A stretch of 64,000 nucleotides of DNA from Squalus acanthias (Eukaryota), in assembly GCA_030390025.1 (NCBI GenBank), contig CM059430.1, positions 158,968,001 through 159,032,000 of the forward strand. The letters are read 5' to 3'. The notes beneath the pieces are model-generated. The model saw nothing but the letters and a program-made list of their open reading frames with translations, was not told the DNA's origin and did not search any database. This document shows, piece after piece, positions 12,291 through 25,050 of the stretch (position 1 is its first letter; every line of letters starts with the position of its first letter). Made by a program: the position numbers and the translations under genes.

Positions 12291-14665
12291 TGGAACATAG
12301 GAACAGGCGTAGGCTATTTAACCCCTCGAGCCTCTTCCGCCATTCAATGAGATCATGGCTGATCTGCGATCTAACTCCATATCCCTTAATACCTTTGGTT
12401 AACAAAAAACTATCAATCTCAGATTTAAAATTAACAATTGATCGAGCATCAATTGCCGTTTGCAGAAATGGGCGCCAAACTTCTACCACCCTTTGTGTGT
12501 AGAAGTGTTTCCTAATTTCAGTCCTGAAAGGTCTGGCTCTCAATTTTTAGACTATGCCCCCTAGTCCGAGACTCCCCAACCAGCGGAAATAGTTTCTCTC
12601 TATCGACTCTATCTGTTCCCTTTAATATCTTGAAAACTTCAATCAAATCACCCCTTAGCCTTCTAAATTCTAGGGAATACAACCCTAATTTGTGTAATCT
12701 CTCCTCATAATTTAACCCTTGGAGCCCGGGTGTCATTCTGGTAAACCTACGCTGCATTCCCTCCAAGGCCAATATATCCTTCCTAAGGTGTGGTCCCCAG
12801 AACTGCTCACAGTGCTCCAGGTGTGGTCTAACCAGGGTTTTGTACAGCTGCAGCATAACTTCTACTGCCTTGTATTCGAGTCCTCTAGATATAAAGGTCA
12901 GCATTCAATTAGCCTTTTTGATTATTTTCTGTACCTGTTCATGACATTTTAATGATCCATGTACCTGGACCCCCAAGTCTCTTTGGACCTCCACTGTTTT
13001 TAGCTTTTCACCATTTAGAAAGTACCCTGCTCTACCCTTTACAGGTCCAAAGTGGATGACCTCACATTTGCCTACATTGAAATCCATTTGCCACAGTTTT
13101 GTCCATTCACTTAATCTATCAATATCACTTTGTAATTTCATGCTTTCATCTACACTGCCTACAATGGCTCCTATCTTTGTGTCATTGGTAAATTTGGATA
13201 TGTGGCTTTCTATGCCATCATCTAAATCATGAATAAATGCTGTGAGTAGTTGAGGACCCAAAACAGATCCCTGCGGGACACCACTAGTCACACCTGCCAA
13301 TTAGAGTACCTGCCCATTATCCCTACTCTCTGTCTCCTGCCGCTCAGCCAATTTCCTAACCAGGTCAATAATTTGCCTTCAATTCCATGGGCTTCAACCT
13401 TAGTTAACAGTCTCTTATGAGGGACTTTATCAAATGCCTTCTGGAATAACATCCATAGACATTCCCCTGTCCACTACTTAGTCACCTCTTCAAAAAATTC
13501 AATCAGGTTTGTCAGGCATGACCTACCTTTCACAAATCCATGCTGGCTCTCTCTGATCAGCTTAAAATTTTGAAAATGTTCAGTCATCCTATCCTTAATT
13601 ATAGACTCCAGTAATTCCCCGACAACAGATGTTAGACTAACTGATAGTTCTTGGTCTCCCTCTCTTGCCATTCTTAAATAGCAGAGTGACATGCGCAATT
13701 TTCCAATCTAGAAGGATGGTTTCTGAATCTAGAGAAGATTATAGTTGGGGCATCTGCAATGTGCTCACCTACTTCCTTTGAAACCCTGGGATGGAAACCA
13801 CCATGTCCTGGGGATTTGTCACTCTTTAGTGCCATTATTTTCTTCATTACTGTTATTTTGCCTATGTTAATTTTATTGAGTCCCTGTCCCTGATTCAATA
13901 TTAGTTTCCTTGAGATTTCTGGCATGCTATCCTCTTACTCTTCTGTAAATACTGATGCAAAGTAATGATTCAACATGTCTGCCATTTTTTAATTATCATT
14001 GACAATATCACCGATATCAGTTTTCAAGGGGCCAACGTTGTTCCTGACCACCCTCTTTTTCCTAATATAATTGTAAAAATTCTTTGTGTTGATTTTGATA
14101 TCCCTTGCAAGTTTCTTTTCATACTCCCTTTTTGTAGATTTTACTATCTGTTTTGTCACTCTTTGCTGTTCTTTGTATCGTTCCCACTCACCAGGATCTG
14201 TGCTATTTTTTGCATTTTTGTATGTTTTTTCTTTTCATTTTATGCTGTCTCTTACCTCTTTAGTCGTCCATGGCTGTTTTTTTTGGCAAGTAGAACTCTT
14301 GCCCCTCAGGGGTATAAACTGGTTCTGTATCGCATTAAATTCTCTTTTGAACACCTCCCACTGATCTTCTGTCATTTTACCCATTAACAGATTTGTCCAG
14401 TTTACTGTGAACAGTCTCTGTCTCATCCCATTGAAGTCGGCCTTGCCTAAATCTTGAATCTTAGTTGTGTTTCTCCCTTTCAAACACTCTGTTGAACTCA
14501 ATCATGTTATGATCGCTATTAGATAAATGTTCACGCATCGTTAGGCTGTTAACTAAATGTGGCTCATTACTCATTATTAAATCTAATATGACGTGCCCCC
14601 TTGTTGGTTCTAGGACATATTGTTGTAGGAAACTATCTTGGACACACTCGAGAAATAACTCATGT
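12291..14665 (-). mobile_element. CR1 LINE (second subfamily, TTCCTATG tail), several frameshifts
   Basis: ORF fragments from the endonuclease (EPTRGHVILDL, SDHN) through RT (QHGF, SGVPQGSVLGP) to the C-terminus. Confidence 0.95.
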
Positions 14666-14761
14666 GGCTGAAGGGTGTATTGTAAAGACACAACAAATTG
14701 GTAGTTTAGTTCTTAATGAAGTATTAATTTTTTTGTATATTTTGATTACACATGTTGACTG

Positions 14762-14968
14762 AACAAAGGGTGGTAGAAGTTTGGAACTCTCTTCCACAAA
14801 CGGCAATTGATGCTAGAGCAATTGTTAATTTTAAATTGGAGATTAATAGCTTGTTGTTAACTAAAGGTATTAAGGGATATGGAGTTAGGTCGCAGATCAG
14901 CCATGATCTCATTGAATGGCGGCACAGACTCGAGGGGCTCAATGGCCCATTCCTGTTCCCATGTTCCT
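14762..14968 (+). mobile_element. CR1 3' fragment, same subfamily as 12291-14665 but inverted
   Basis: ORF 14752-14970 (QRVVEVWNSLPQTAIDAR...GIKGYG) closely matches 12259-12543 on the minus strand. Confidence 0.92.
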
Positions 14969-14984
14969 AATAAAATCAAAACCT

Positions 14985-15285
14985 TTGCTGATTTAGCTGA
15001 TCTCAGCCCGGGAAGTGGATGGGGTGTTACAATTAGCCTCAGCACTTCCGGGCTAATAAGAGGGGGACATAATCAGCCAGAAAAATATGATTGTGTGGCT
15101 GTTGGATGAGAACAGCATCAGGCTCAGTTGGGATACTCTCTATAGTCAATTAGCCACCAATATTCATTGTCTAATCTCGCACGTGAAGAATGACCATTTG
15201 GGTGAGGTCCTGGAGTACTGTGGTGAACCCGTGGAACTGTAACCACCATAAATTCAGGAGAAGGGAGGAAAAGAAGGACAAAATT
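14985..15285 (+). mobile_element. AmnSINE2-like tRNA-derived SINE (head missing, internal deletion)
   Basis: ttagctgatctcagcc...tacaattagcctcagc...aatcagccag...gtgaagaatgaccatttgg...ttcaggagaagggagg. Confidence 0.65.
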
Positions 15286-15309
15286 GGTAAGCAAATAGAA
15301 TGACCCAAT

Positions 15310-15545
15310 AAAAAGCAGAAAATGCTTGAATTACACAACTTGTCAGTCAGCACCTGTAAATACAAAAGACAGGTGACAACATTTCAGAGATCCACCCTAC
15401 ATCAGAACAGAATCTGATGACTGCTACACACTGGAAATGTCATAACCTACCTTTTATAGTTGCAAATGCTGACTGACCCACTGTATATTTCCAGAATTTT
15501 TAATTTTATTTCAGATTTACAGCACTTGTAGTTTTTTTCCTTTTT
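15310..15545. mobile_element. Two inverted Penelope-like element end fragments
   Basis: 15310-15408 resembles 38785-38881. 15411-15545 is the opposite-strand equivalent (gctgactgacc...tttccag...ttttatttcagattt.cagca). Confidence 0.65.
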
Positions 15546-15744
15546 ATTTAGACTGAGAGAACATTCATTGCAGTGACACCAGATGTTAAAAAAATACATT
15601 GAGGTTGGAGATTGCAGCTCTGTGATGAAGACAAGGCTTTCAGAGAGGAAGGGACTGGTGAGAAGGATAGAAGGGAGCAGGAAAGAGCAAGGAGAAAGAA
15701 AATATATTTAAAAATAATGCAAAGTAAGGGATAAAAAAAGGAAG

Positions 15745-15950
15745 TCGGTGGAATTCACTTTCAGGGTTAGTGGGTGAAGCAGAAACTATGTCAACGTTCA
15801 AGATTAGATTGGATAGGTGGATAAAGGAAAATGGGATAGAAGGATATGGGAACAGAGAGGTTACATGTGATTTGCTTGTGTGGAGGATAAATGCTGACAT
15901 GGAATGGTTGGGTCAAATGGCCTGTTTCCGTGTTGTAACTTTTATCTACT
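15745..15950 (+). mobile_element. Old CR1 3' fragment
   Basis: tggaattcact...EAETMSTFKIRLDRWIKENGIEGYG and a CR1-type tail aatggcctgtttccgtgttgta. Confidence 0.8.
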
Positions 15951-16019
15951 TATATGCATGTATAAAATGAATAAAGTAGAAAGAGCTATTTAAAGTAAAG
16001 ACTTTAGAGGGACACGAGA

Positions 16020-16225
16020 ATGATTTTACAGAGCAGAGGCAATTTATCACAGAAACAGATCAAGAAGCAAACACAAGAGTAAAACCAACATGGGTGAAAA
16101 GGAAAGAAAACAAACAAACAGAAAAGCAGAAGGGGACAGAGAGAGAAGCAAAAAGAGATAAAGGCAGACAAGCAGACGAGGCGAGAGAGAAGCAGTAATA
16201 CAAAGACAACAGAGACAGATTAAAG
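16020..16225. repeat. GA-rich low-complexity tract
   Basis: Purine-rich AGAG/ACAG repeats on the + strand. Confidence 0.7.
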
Positions 16226-17519
16226 AGTGACTATATTCTCCGACTTACTGTGTACAATGGGAGATTGACTAGTAATGTATTAATAGTCTTGCATGTAGCT
16301 CGCACTTGTAAGTGTAACAATTACTTTCTCTAAAATGTTTCTGTCATGCTTATTCCATCATGATGTTTTCATTACACTCAAAATTGCTTTTTCTAAGTCT
16401 CCCTAGACTTCCCAGACGTATGGGTTCCACTACCCACTATTCCGACACTGCATAACCAGTACCCACCACTGGTAGCCCCCAGTAGCTCATTCCCAATATG
16501 ATTAATAAGAGTTAATTAATCCCAGCTGTTCAGAATCCTGATTGTGCATTTGACAGGAACCAAGAGGCAAAGAGGCAATGCATGAAGACGGTTACTTTAG
16601 CTAACATGGTTTATTATGAACTACCAAGAACACAGAAGAACATAAGTATAGGAAACAGAAGATAACTTGTGGTTGATTCTGAAGTCCTAAAGTGTTCTAA
16701 ACTACTCTATCTGTCATAGCCTGCAAATCGTTTCCTGTGCAATTATTTAACCAATTTTCTCTTGAATTTGATATTTTTCTCCTCTTCACTCCATTTGGTA
16801 ATATTAAGCTGTACCATTATATTAAGAACTACCAACAGCTCATGCAGTCAGCATATATAAAGACATTCTGCATCCAGCCCTCACCGACAAACATATCAAC
16901 TTTGAGTTTACAGGGTATTTAGGCCTACTTCTTAAAATGGCAGTCGATATTGCAGTCAGTAGCAGAGGGGTAATTCGGTAATCCCATGCAATCAATGAGC
17001 AGCCCTGCTCACAGGGAGTGCAGGTTGAAGATAGTGCTACAACATTGGTGATGAATGAACAAGAAAAGTAATTTAGACAACTGTAGCTTGACATTTCCAC
17101 CCAGTCAGGGAAGACAGTTTATTTTCTGGTCAACAGCAGCATTAATGAAACTTCGCAACATCACAATTATCAATAAGTCAGGACGTGTTTTTAATTACTG
17201 TCGTACCATCAAGGAAAGTCATTGTGACTTCTCCACTCCCAACTATATCTACACAACACAGTAAAATAGTAAGCGTTTTAATTACTTTGACTCATAGCGG
17301 CTCCCACTGTCAGGAATATTGATGAGACTGTTACCCTCCATACTTTTAGAATCATTACATCTTTAACCCACTACCATTTTGAAAAGAGGGGGAAAATCAC
17401 AACACCATAGCCCTGTAATCTGCAGCATGTTTGCATAATGCAACATCACCTATTGACACAGCCACATTCCAACCATGGGAAATTAAGTCAGTAACTGTCA
17501 CAGTGCACAAAAGTGTAGC

Positions 17520-18062
17520 TAAAGAGATAGATAACGTTAAAGAAAAGGAGACAGGGACAGAAAGCAAGAGAGAAAATGCAGAGAGATAGTAAGACAGAGA
17601 CAAGCACACAGACAGAGAGATGGATAGACAAATAGAGACAGAAGGAAACAGAGTGAGAGAGACAAATACAAAAAAAGACAGACACAGTCAAAAAAGGAGT
17701 TAAAGACAAAGAGAGAAATGGAGACAAAGAGAGAGACAGGAATAGACTTGCAGAAATATGCCAGAGAAAGAGTCAAAGATAGACAGAAATACAAAGAGAA
17801 AAGGAAAGAGAGAGACATATACACAGACAGAGATAAAGAGAGAGAGAGAGAGACACAGAGAAAGAAAGAGATAGAATCCAAGACAGAGGCAGTAAGAGAA
17901 GGAGACAGACATGCAGTGACAGAGAGAGAGAGAGAGATAAAGAACAAGAGAGGAGAAAGACTGAGAAAGAGTAAGAGACAAGATAGATAGACAAAAAGAG
18001 AGACAGAGCTAAAGAGAGTGAAATATGGGGTAAGAGAGAGACACAGAAACAGAGAGAGATGG
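17520..18062. repeat. GA-rich degenerate microsatellite, (AG)n/(AGAC)n
   Basis: About 540 bp, strongly purine-biased, with several (AG)n runs. Confidence 0.9.
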
Positions 18063-18167
18063 GATCATTTTGACTGTGCGATAGTGTAAAACAGATGATA
18101 GTGAATCGGCAGCACATTTCACATTTCTCCCAACTTTTATTTCCAGTGAAGTCAACAGAAATAAAAA

Positions 18168-18603
18168 TCAGGAGAGCTGTAAAAGGGGCTGCCAATTCGC
18201 TATCACCTGTTTTGCACTATTGCATAAAGGCAAAATTACCCCCAGAGATTTTCTAACCAAACATCTCCCAAATGATTCCACTGATCTAACTAACTTCAGG
18301 TGAGTGCTGGAACTGGCCATTTCTGACCTGTACCTCCCATGACTCGTGGGTGGGTTCAACACTGAGCAGGCACCTTGCTAACTGGGACCAAAATGCATTG
18401 GGATTCTATGTTGAAGTCCTAAATACGTCACACAACACTGAATTGCATAGAGTACAGGGCTCCTGCCTTTTCTGGCTGTCTAATCAAGGCCCGCTCAAAA
18501 ATTACCTCGGGAGGGAAGGTGGTGTTAAGCTTACTTTTACAATTTTTTTTATCACCCCCATTCATACTGGGAAATTGTGCAATGGAGAGATGAAAATTGC
18601 CCC
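18168..18603. mobile_element. Two adjacent degenerate Harbinger-type MITE fragments
   Basis: 18168-18243 ends AAAATTACCCCC and is similar to the right half of 28675-28827. The second fragment ends GAAAATTGCCCC at about 18603. Confidence 0.5.
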
Positions 18604-19575
18604 ATGGACTAGTGAAGTTCAGCATTAAAATACACCAAAACCCCGCTTCAGCTTTCTGCTTCCTTCATCGCAGAAGGCATGCCAAGGTGATCAATAGTCA
18701 GTATAGCCTGTGTGGCCACCAAGATGCCACCATGCATATTTGCAAACAGTATCACACCTATTTGATAGCAGCCATGGGGAATTATCTTCACAAGGTCCAA
18801 ATCACAGAGAGAAAGATGTAAAAGCTGTGCCATCTACTTCAAGAACACCCGCAGCTCACATGCTAGCATTGTCATTGACAGTATTGGTCAGCTGTAGCCT
18901 CAATCATGCTCCCTGCTCCTTCCAAGCATATTGCAATGTTGACCCATTGGGACAATGTAGTGGAGTGGAAAACAGAGTCACCTTCTTTGCAACCACCTCA
19001 AGAACCTCACAACACCAATAACCATCAAGCAAGGGGCTTGGATATTGGGTTGGTCATCGTTTGCCTGCAGAGTCGTGACCACACATTGGGTTTCTTTTCC
19101 TTTTTGCCAGTCATTTCTTTGCCTGTCCCTCATTCTTCGCTTTAATTATACGAATCACTTGAAATTTCACCTGCACACAGTCTTCTGCCCCCACCGTAGT
19201 ATGCTCCTTGCACCTGTCCAAATTCTGTATAAATTGAGGGCTGCACATCACCATTCTGACATGATTTGCATTCCTGTGCCATTCAGAACTGACTTACACC
19301 AGTATACAAAACTCATCCCGATTGCTCCCTTTGTGGGTTATGGTTCCATGTTGCCAGGTGCAAGCCAGTACCTTGCCCAGCTGGCCAGTTTTCATGCAGG
19401 ACTTCCACATTAATGTACTTCCAGTAGGGGATGCTTATTTGCAAAGCAGATTTCCCCAGAGCACTTGGACCCATCAATTACCTGGCACAGTAACCGGTCA
19501 GACTCAAGTAATGCCACTATACTTCCAGCCACAGGTACAGAAACAATTTGTTTTATTTCCTTACTCCTACTCCCC

Positions 19576-19935
19576 AATTTTTGTCATGCTTATCCTGAAG
19601 GCATGGACACTTATGGTTTAACGGGTGCCAACTGCCCTTCTGTCCTTTACCTAAGTGACCATTTTTCATGTATGAGCCTGGATGATAATTGTGGGCAGCC
19701 ATCGGACTGTGGAGGCATTAGAACAGAGCCAGCTGATGCTGTTCTTATTCAATGTTCTCACACACACTTTCCAGCAGGGGTCACTGAATAGCCATCAGAG
19801 GCAGGAACCTTGGCTGATTTTTCTCCTCCCAACTCAGGGGCACTGTGATCAGTTGTAATACCCCTACCACTATCCCAACTGAGATCATCACAGTCCAGGA
19901 ATTGAAATATGTGACCTTCTGGTCCTTGTACAAAT
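19576..19935 (-). mobile_element. AmnSINE2-like SINE
   Basis: + strand shows ctttccagcaggggtcactg...ggaaccttggctgatttt...ctgagatca...ccaggaattgaa, the reverse complement of the family body and B-box. Confidence 0.7.
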
Positions 19936-20012
19936 TTAGCAGAAATTGGTTTTATTATGTTCAGACAACACCATGATAGGCTGAAACTGAATGAAGATTT
20001 TTCTGAAATATT

Positions 20013-20502
20013 GGGCGGAATTTTTACCTGGAGACCCGCTGGGAGCGTGGGTGGGGAGACCGGTAGAACGTGGGAAGCCCGGAAGTCCAGGTTTCCCCGC
20101 AGCGTGCGTGTGACGTCACAGACAGGTTCCCTGCCCGGAAGTCAGCCTGATTGACAGGCTGGCTTCCAGTCGGGCGGGGAACGCTGGACAAGAGGCCGCA
20201 ACCACAGATCAGTGCGAGCCCCGGCCCCAGGGGGCCTGATCCCCGACCCGGGCGGTGGGGGGAGGTTTGTATGGGGGGGAGCTGATGATGGGGGAGCTTG
20301 GGGGGCAGGGAGGAAGCACTCCTGCTCCTCCTGGTCCAAAGGAGTGCTACACGGAGCTGTCCTCGCCTCGCTGCAGCTGTCGGGAGTGCTGAAGCCCAGG
20401 AACCCCGGCTGGCCACAGTTAAACCTGTAAAGCAGGTTAACTGCGAGGCTTCCAGCCTCATTATAATATTTAAAGTGCCAACCCGCCTCCTGGGAGCAGG
20501 TG
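20013..20502. mobile_element. Harbinger-type MITE, truncated by a LINE insertion
   Basis: Left TIR GGGCGGAATTTT. Internal motif gaggaagcactcctgctcctcctgg is shared with the MITEs at 2272 and 30226. Confidence 0.7.
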
Positions 20503-22757
20503 TTTTATTAATCATTCATGGGATGTGGGCGTTGCTGGCAAGGTCAGCATTTATTGCCCATCTCTAATTGCTCTTGAGAAGGTGGCGGTGAGCCGCCTTC
20601 TTGAACCGCCGCTGTCCGTGTGGTGATGGTACTCCCACAGTGCTGTTAGGGAGGGAGTTCCAGGATTTTGATCCAGCGATGATGAAGGAACAACAATATA
20701 TTTCCAAGTCAGCTGAAGATGGTTGAGCCTAGGACACTGCCCTGAGGAACTCCTGCAGTGATGTCCTGGGGCTGAGAGGATTGGCCTCCAACAACCACAA
20801 CCATCTTCCTTTGTGCGAGGTATGACTCCAGCCAGTGGAGAGTTTTCCCCCTGATTCCCATTGACTTCAATTTTACTCGGGCTCCTTGATGCCACACTTG
20901 GTTAAATGCTGCCTTGATGTCAAGGGCAGTTACTCTCACCTCACATTTAGAATTCAGCTCTTTTGTCCATGTTTGGACCAAGGCTGTAATGCGGTCTGGA
21001 GCTGAGTTGGTCTTACAGCACCCAGACTGAGCATTGGTGAGTATGTGCCGCTTAATAGCACTGTCGGCAACATTTGCCATCACTTTGCTGATGATTGAGA
21101 GTAGACTGATGGGGTGGTAATTGTCCGGATTAGATTTGTCTTGCTTTTTGTGGACAGGACATACCTGGGCAATTTTCCACTTTGTCAGGTAGATGCCAGT
21201 GTTGTAGCTGTACTGGAACAGTTTGGCTAGAGGCGCGTCTAGTTCTGGAGCACAAGTCTTCAGCACTGCAGCCGGAATGTTGTCGGGGCCCATAGCCTTT
21301 GCTGTATCCAGTGCGCTCAGCCGTTTCATGACGTCGTGGAGTGACTTGAATTGGCTGAAGACTGGCTTCTGTGATGGTGGAGATGTCAGGAGGAGGCCGA
21401 GGTGGATCATCCACTCGGCACTTCTGGCTGAAGATGGTTGCAAATGCTTCAGCCTTGTCTTTTGCACTCATGTGCTGGGTTCCACCATCATTGAGGATGG
21501 GGATATTCATAGAGCCTCCTCCTCCTGTTAGTTGTTTAATTGTCCACCACTATTCACAACTGGATGTGGCAGGACTGCAGAGCTTTGATCTGAGCGTTGG
21601 TTGTGGAATCGCTTAGCTCTGTCTATAGCATGCTGCTTCCGCTGTTTAGCATGCCTGTAGTCTTGTGCTATAGCTTTAAAAGGTTAGCACCTCATTTGTA
21701 GGTACACCTGGTGCTGCTCCTGGCATGCTCTTCTACACTCTTCATTGAACCAGGGTTGGTCCCTTGGCTTGATGGTAACGGTAGAGTGAGGGATATGCCG
21801 GGCCATATGAGGTTATAGATTGTGGTGGAATACAATTCTGCTGCTGCTGATAGCCCACAGCGCTTCATGGATTCACAGTTTTGAGCTGTTCTGAATCTAT
21901 TCCATTTAGCACAGTGGCAGTGCCACTCAACACGATTGAGCGTGTTCTCAGTGTGAAAATGGGACTTCGTCTCCACAATGACTGTGTGGTGGTCACTCCT
22001 ACCATTACTGTCATGGACAGATGCATCTGCGACAGGTAGATTGGTGAGAACGAGGTCAAGTAGGTTTTTCATTCATGTTGGTTCTCTCGCCACCTGTCGC
22101 AGGCCCAGACTGGCAGCTATGTCCTTCAGGACTCAGCCAGCATTGTCAGTAGTGGTTCTACCGAGCCACTCTTGGTGATGGATATTGAAGTCCCCCACCC
22201 AGAGTACATTCTGTGCCCTTGCTACTCTCAGTGTTTCTTCCAAGTGGTGTTCAACATGGAGGAGTGCTGATTCATCAGCTGAGGGAGGCCGGTAGGTGGT
22301 AATCAGCAGGAGGTTTCCTTGCCCATGTTTGACCCCATGACATGAGACTTCATGGAGTCTGGAGTCAATGTTGAGGACTCCCAGGGACACTCCCTCCCGA
22401 CATTATGCCACTTTTCCGCCAACACTGGTGGGTCTGTCCTGCCAATGGGACAGGACATATCCAGGGATCATGATGGAGGAGTCTGGGACGTTGGCTGAAA
22501 GGTATGATTCTGTGAGTACGACTATGTCAGGCTGTTGCTTGACTAGTCTGTGGGACAGCTCTCCCAATTTTGGCATGAGTCCCCAGATGTTAGTGAGGAG
22601 GACTTTGCAGGGTTGACTGGGCTGGGTGTGCCTTTGCAGTGTCCGAATCTGGTGCCCAGGTCAATGCCAGGTGGTCCGTCCAGTTTTATTCTTATTGTTT
22701 TTCCTAGCGGTTTGATAAAACTGAGTGGCTTGCTAGGCCATTTCAGAGGGCAGTTGG
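20503..22757 (-). mobile_element. LINE family 2 (CR1/L2 group), endonuclease plus partial RT, internally deleted
   Basis: APE motifs (TTYRPP, WVGDFN, SDH) and RT motifs (KAMGPDNIP, ALDIKAAF..VWHQG, GVPQGSVLG). The RT C-terminal part is missing relative to the copy at 51446. Confidence 0.92.
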
Positions 22758-24278
22758 TTACCTGGAGAATAGTGACAACATCTAAAAAAGTCAACCACCT
22801 GCCTTGATAATTCATTTTTTAAATGGACACTGATGGTCAAATTCAAACCTCAATCTATTTGTTTGAGATTACACTGTGTAATATTAGTAACAAACACACT
22901 CATACACTTCTATTAAATTCCTCTATCTCGCATTTAATGAAGGCATTAATCCATTGGTTAGCACATACGTTAAAATAGTGGAGAAAAGAAATTCAAACAA
23001 ACACGCAAGTTTTTTAAAACTATTATTGCAATTTTGACCGCTTAAATTATTAAAAGTCTTAATCTTGTGAGAGACTGAACTTAGATGATAAATGATTTCT
23101 ACCACAATGGCTGTTTTTCCAGATTTATGTATACTAAAATGATGGCCAAAAACTGAGGCTATTTTCATCTTTCTAGGCATTTTTAAAATAAAGCTTCTAT
23201 GAACCCAAAATAAAGTTTGTGTTCTTGAAAATTATGGAAATTAGTATAAATTTTGCAGAATATGCATACTCCAAATGATTAGAACTTGCATTAATAGATT
23301 CTTCCAGAAACCACCTGGATATACAGATTCTTGTTTCAGTACAGTGATGTTAATTATGTTGTACCTAATGCAAATGTTAATTTAGAATTAGCTAAATTAC
23401 AGCCTGTTTACTCGGCTCTGTGTAGAGCATGCAGCAATACACCCAATCATTTTCAAACAGTACATGTGTCACTTCTGTAACAAATATAATAAATATAATC
23501 TTTAATATGCTATTATTTCTTTGGGTGATCTGGGAAATTTATGTACAAAGACACCAACTTGATTCAAAAGTGTTTAAATGCAATCCAATAACATAACTGA
23601 TATAATTACTCTAAAAACATTAACCTCTCATTTGCACTTAAATGACTGCAGCATTCCCTTCCTTTCTTTCTCTGCCACTATCGGAATCAAAACTGAAGTT
23701 CCCGATTACGAGTTACGTACAGATGAAGACGACAATTTAGCCAGAATACAATCCTTACCTTCTGCTACTACAGCAGCTCGCAGTTCCTTCGATAATTCTA
23801 GTGTCTGGGCATTAACCACTATGATTTTTGTCTAGCTTTGGTTGGTGGTTGTCTCTTTAAATACCTTTAACAGCCAGTTAAGGCAAAATCTTATACCAAG
23901 TCTATCTTGATAAAATGTTGCAAGTTGCATCAGTTACAGAAAGGAATAATTCAAACTTGAACAATGCTGTGAGACTGGTTCAGCTTGTGCATGTCTACAG
24001 TCCCTTTTTTAATTTGAATGGTCAAATATTCAACTTCCAGAAAGTCCCAGTAACTATTTTCCAGGGTATAAAAAGGGACGCAAGTTTAAATCCAAGAGTC
24101 TATTTGAAAATTATAGAGAAGGAATCGATCTGTTTGAAACTCCATAAAGTGAGAAACATTGATTTGAATTTCCAAGAGACAGTTTGGATTAGTTAGGCTC
24201 TCACAGTTCTAGGAAAAGAAACAGTCTTATTTAAAAGTTATATACACAAAGGATTAGTTTAGTTCTAAAAACTATAAT

Positions 24279-24640
24279 GGGCCGTATTTTCCGATCGGAG
24301 GCTTCCCGTGTGCGGAAGCCTCCGATCTGGAAAAAATCTACGCACTTACCTGAGGGCTCCCGGGACGCACACACTTCCGATCCTGGGCGCCTCCAACTCC
24401 AAGTGCGCAGGGCCCACGTATCCCAGGGGCACATGCAGTTCGCAGCGTCCCTGTGATCACGTGGGCCATGGGGAGCCAATCAAAGAAGGGAATCTCCCTT
24501 CATACACTTGACAGATAGACCTGTCAAATATATGAATGGAGATCACCCCAAAAATACTTTAAAACATTAAATAAATTTTTAAAAACATCACATTTTAAAA
24601 ATTAGTTGAAATTACAATAAATTTAATATTTTAAACAATC
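24279..24640. mobile_element. Harbinger-type MITE, left arm only
   Basis: TIR-like GGCCGTATTTT, then a CpG-rich arm and an AT-rich core similar to the MITE at 47635. Cut off by a CR1. Confidence 0.6.
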
Positions 24641-25050
24641 CCACCTGTTTTGTGTCGTCAGCAAACTTGGAAATATTACATTTGGTTCCATCATCCAAAT
24701 CATTGATATATATTGTGAATAGCTGGGGCTCAAGCACTGATCCCTGCAGTACCCCACGAGTCACCGCCTGCCACCTCGAAAAATACCCATTTATTCCTAC
24801 TCTCTGTTTCCTGTCTGTTAACCAATTTTCAATCCATGCCAGTATATTACCCCCAATCCCATGTGCTTTAATTTTGCACACTAACCTCTTATGTGAGACT
24901 TTATCAAAGGCCTTTTGAAAATCCAAATACACCACATCCACTGGTTCTCCCTTATCTATTCTACCAGTTACATCCTCAAAAAACTCCAGTAGGTTTGTCA
25001 AACTCGATTTTCCTTTCATAAATCCATGTTGAATTTGTCTAATCCCATTA
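24641..25050 (-). mobile_element. CR1 RT-core fragment
   Basis: ORF 24612-25019: LTNLLEFFE...LDFQKAFDKV...INDLDD...KFADDTK. Confidence 0.93.

Noticed and set aside
17397-18195. Ser/Leu-rich and Arg/Glu-rich ORFs
   Set aside because: They are translations of a GA microsatellite.
18640-19570. Possible ancient TE or coding relic
   Set aside because: The segment is GC-balanced and unique, but no motif could be recognised in any frame.
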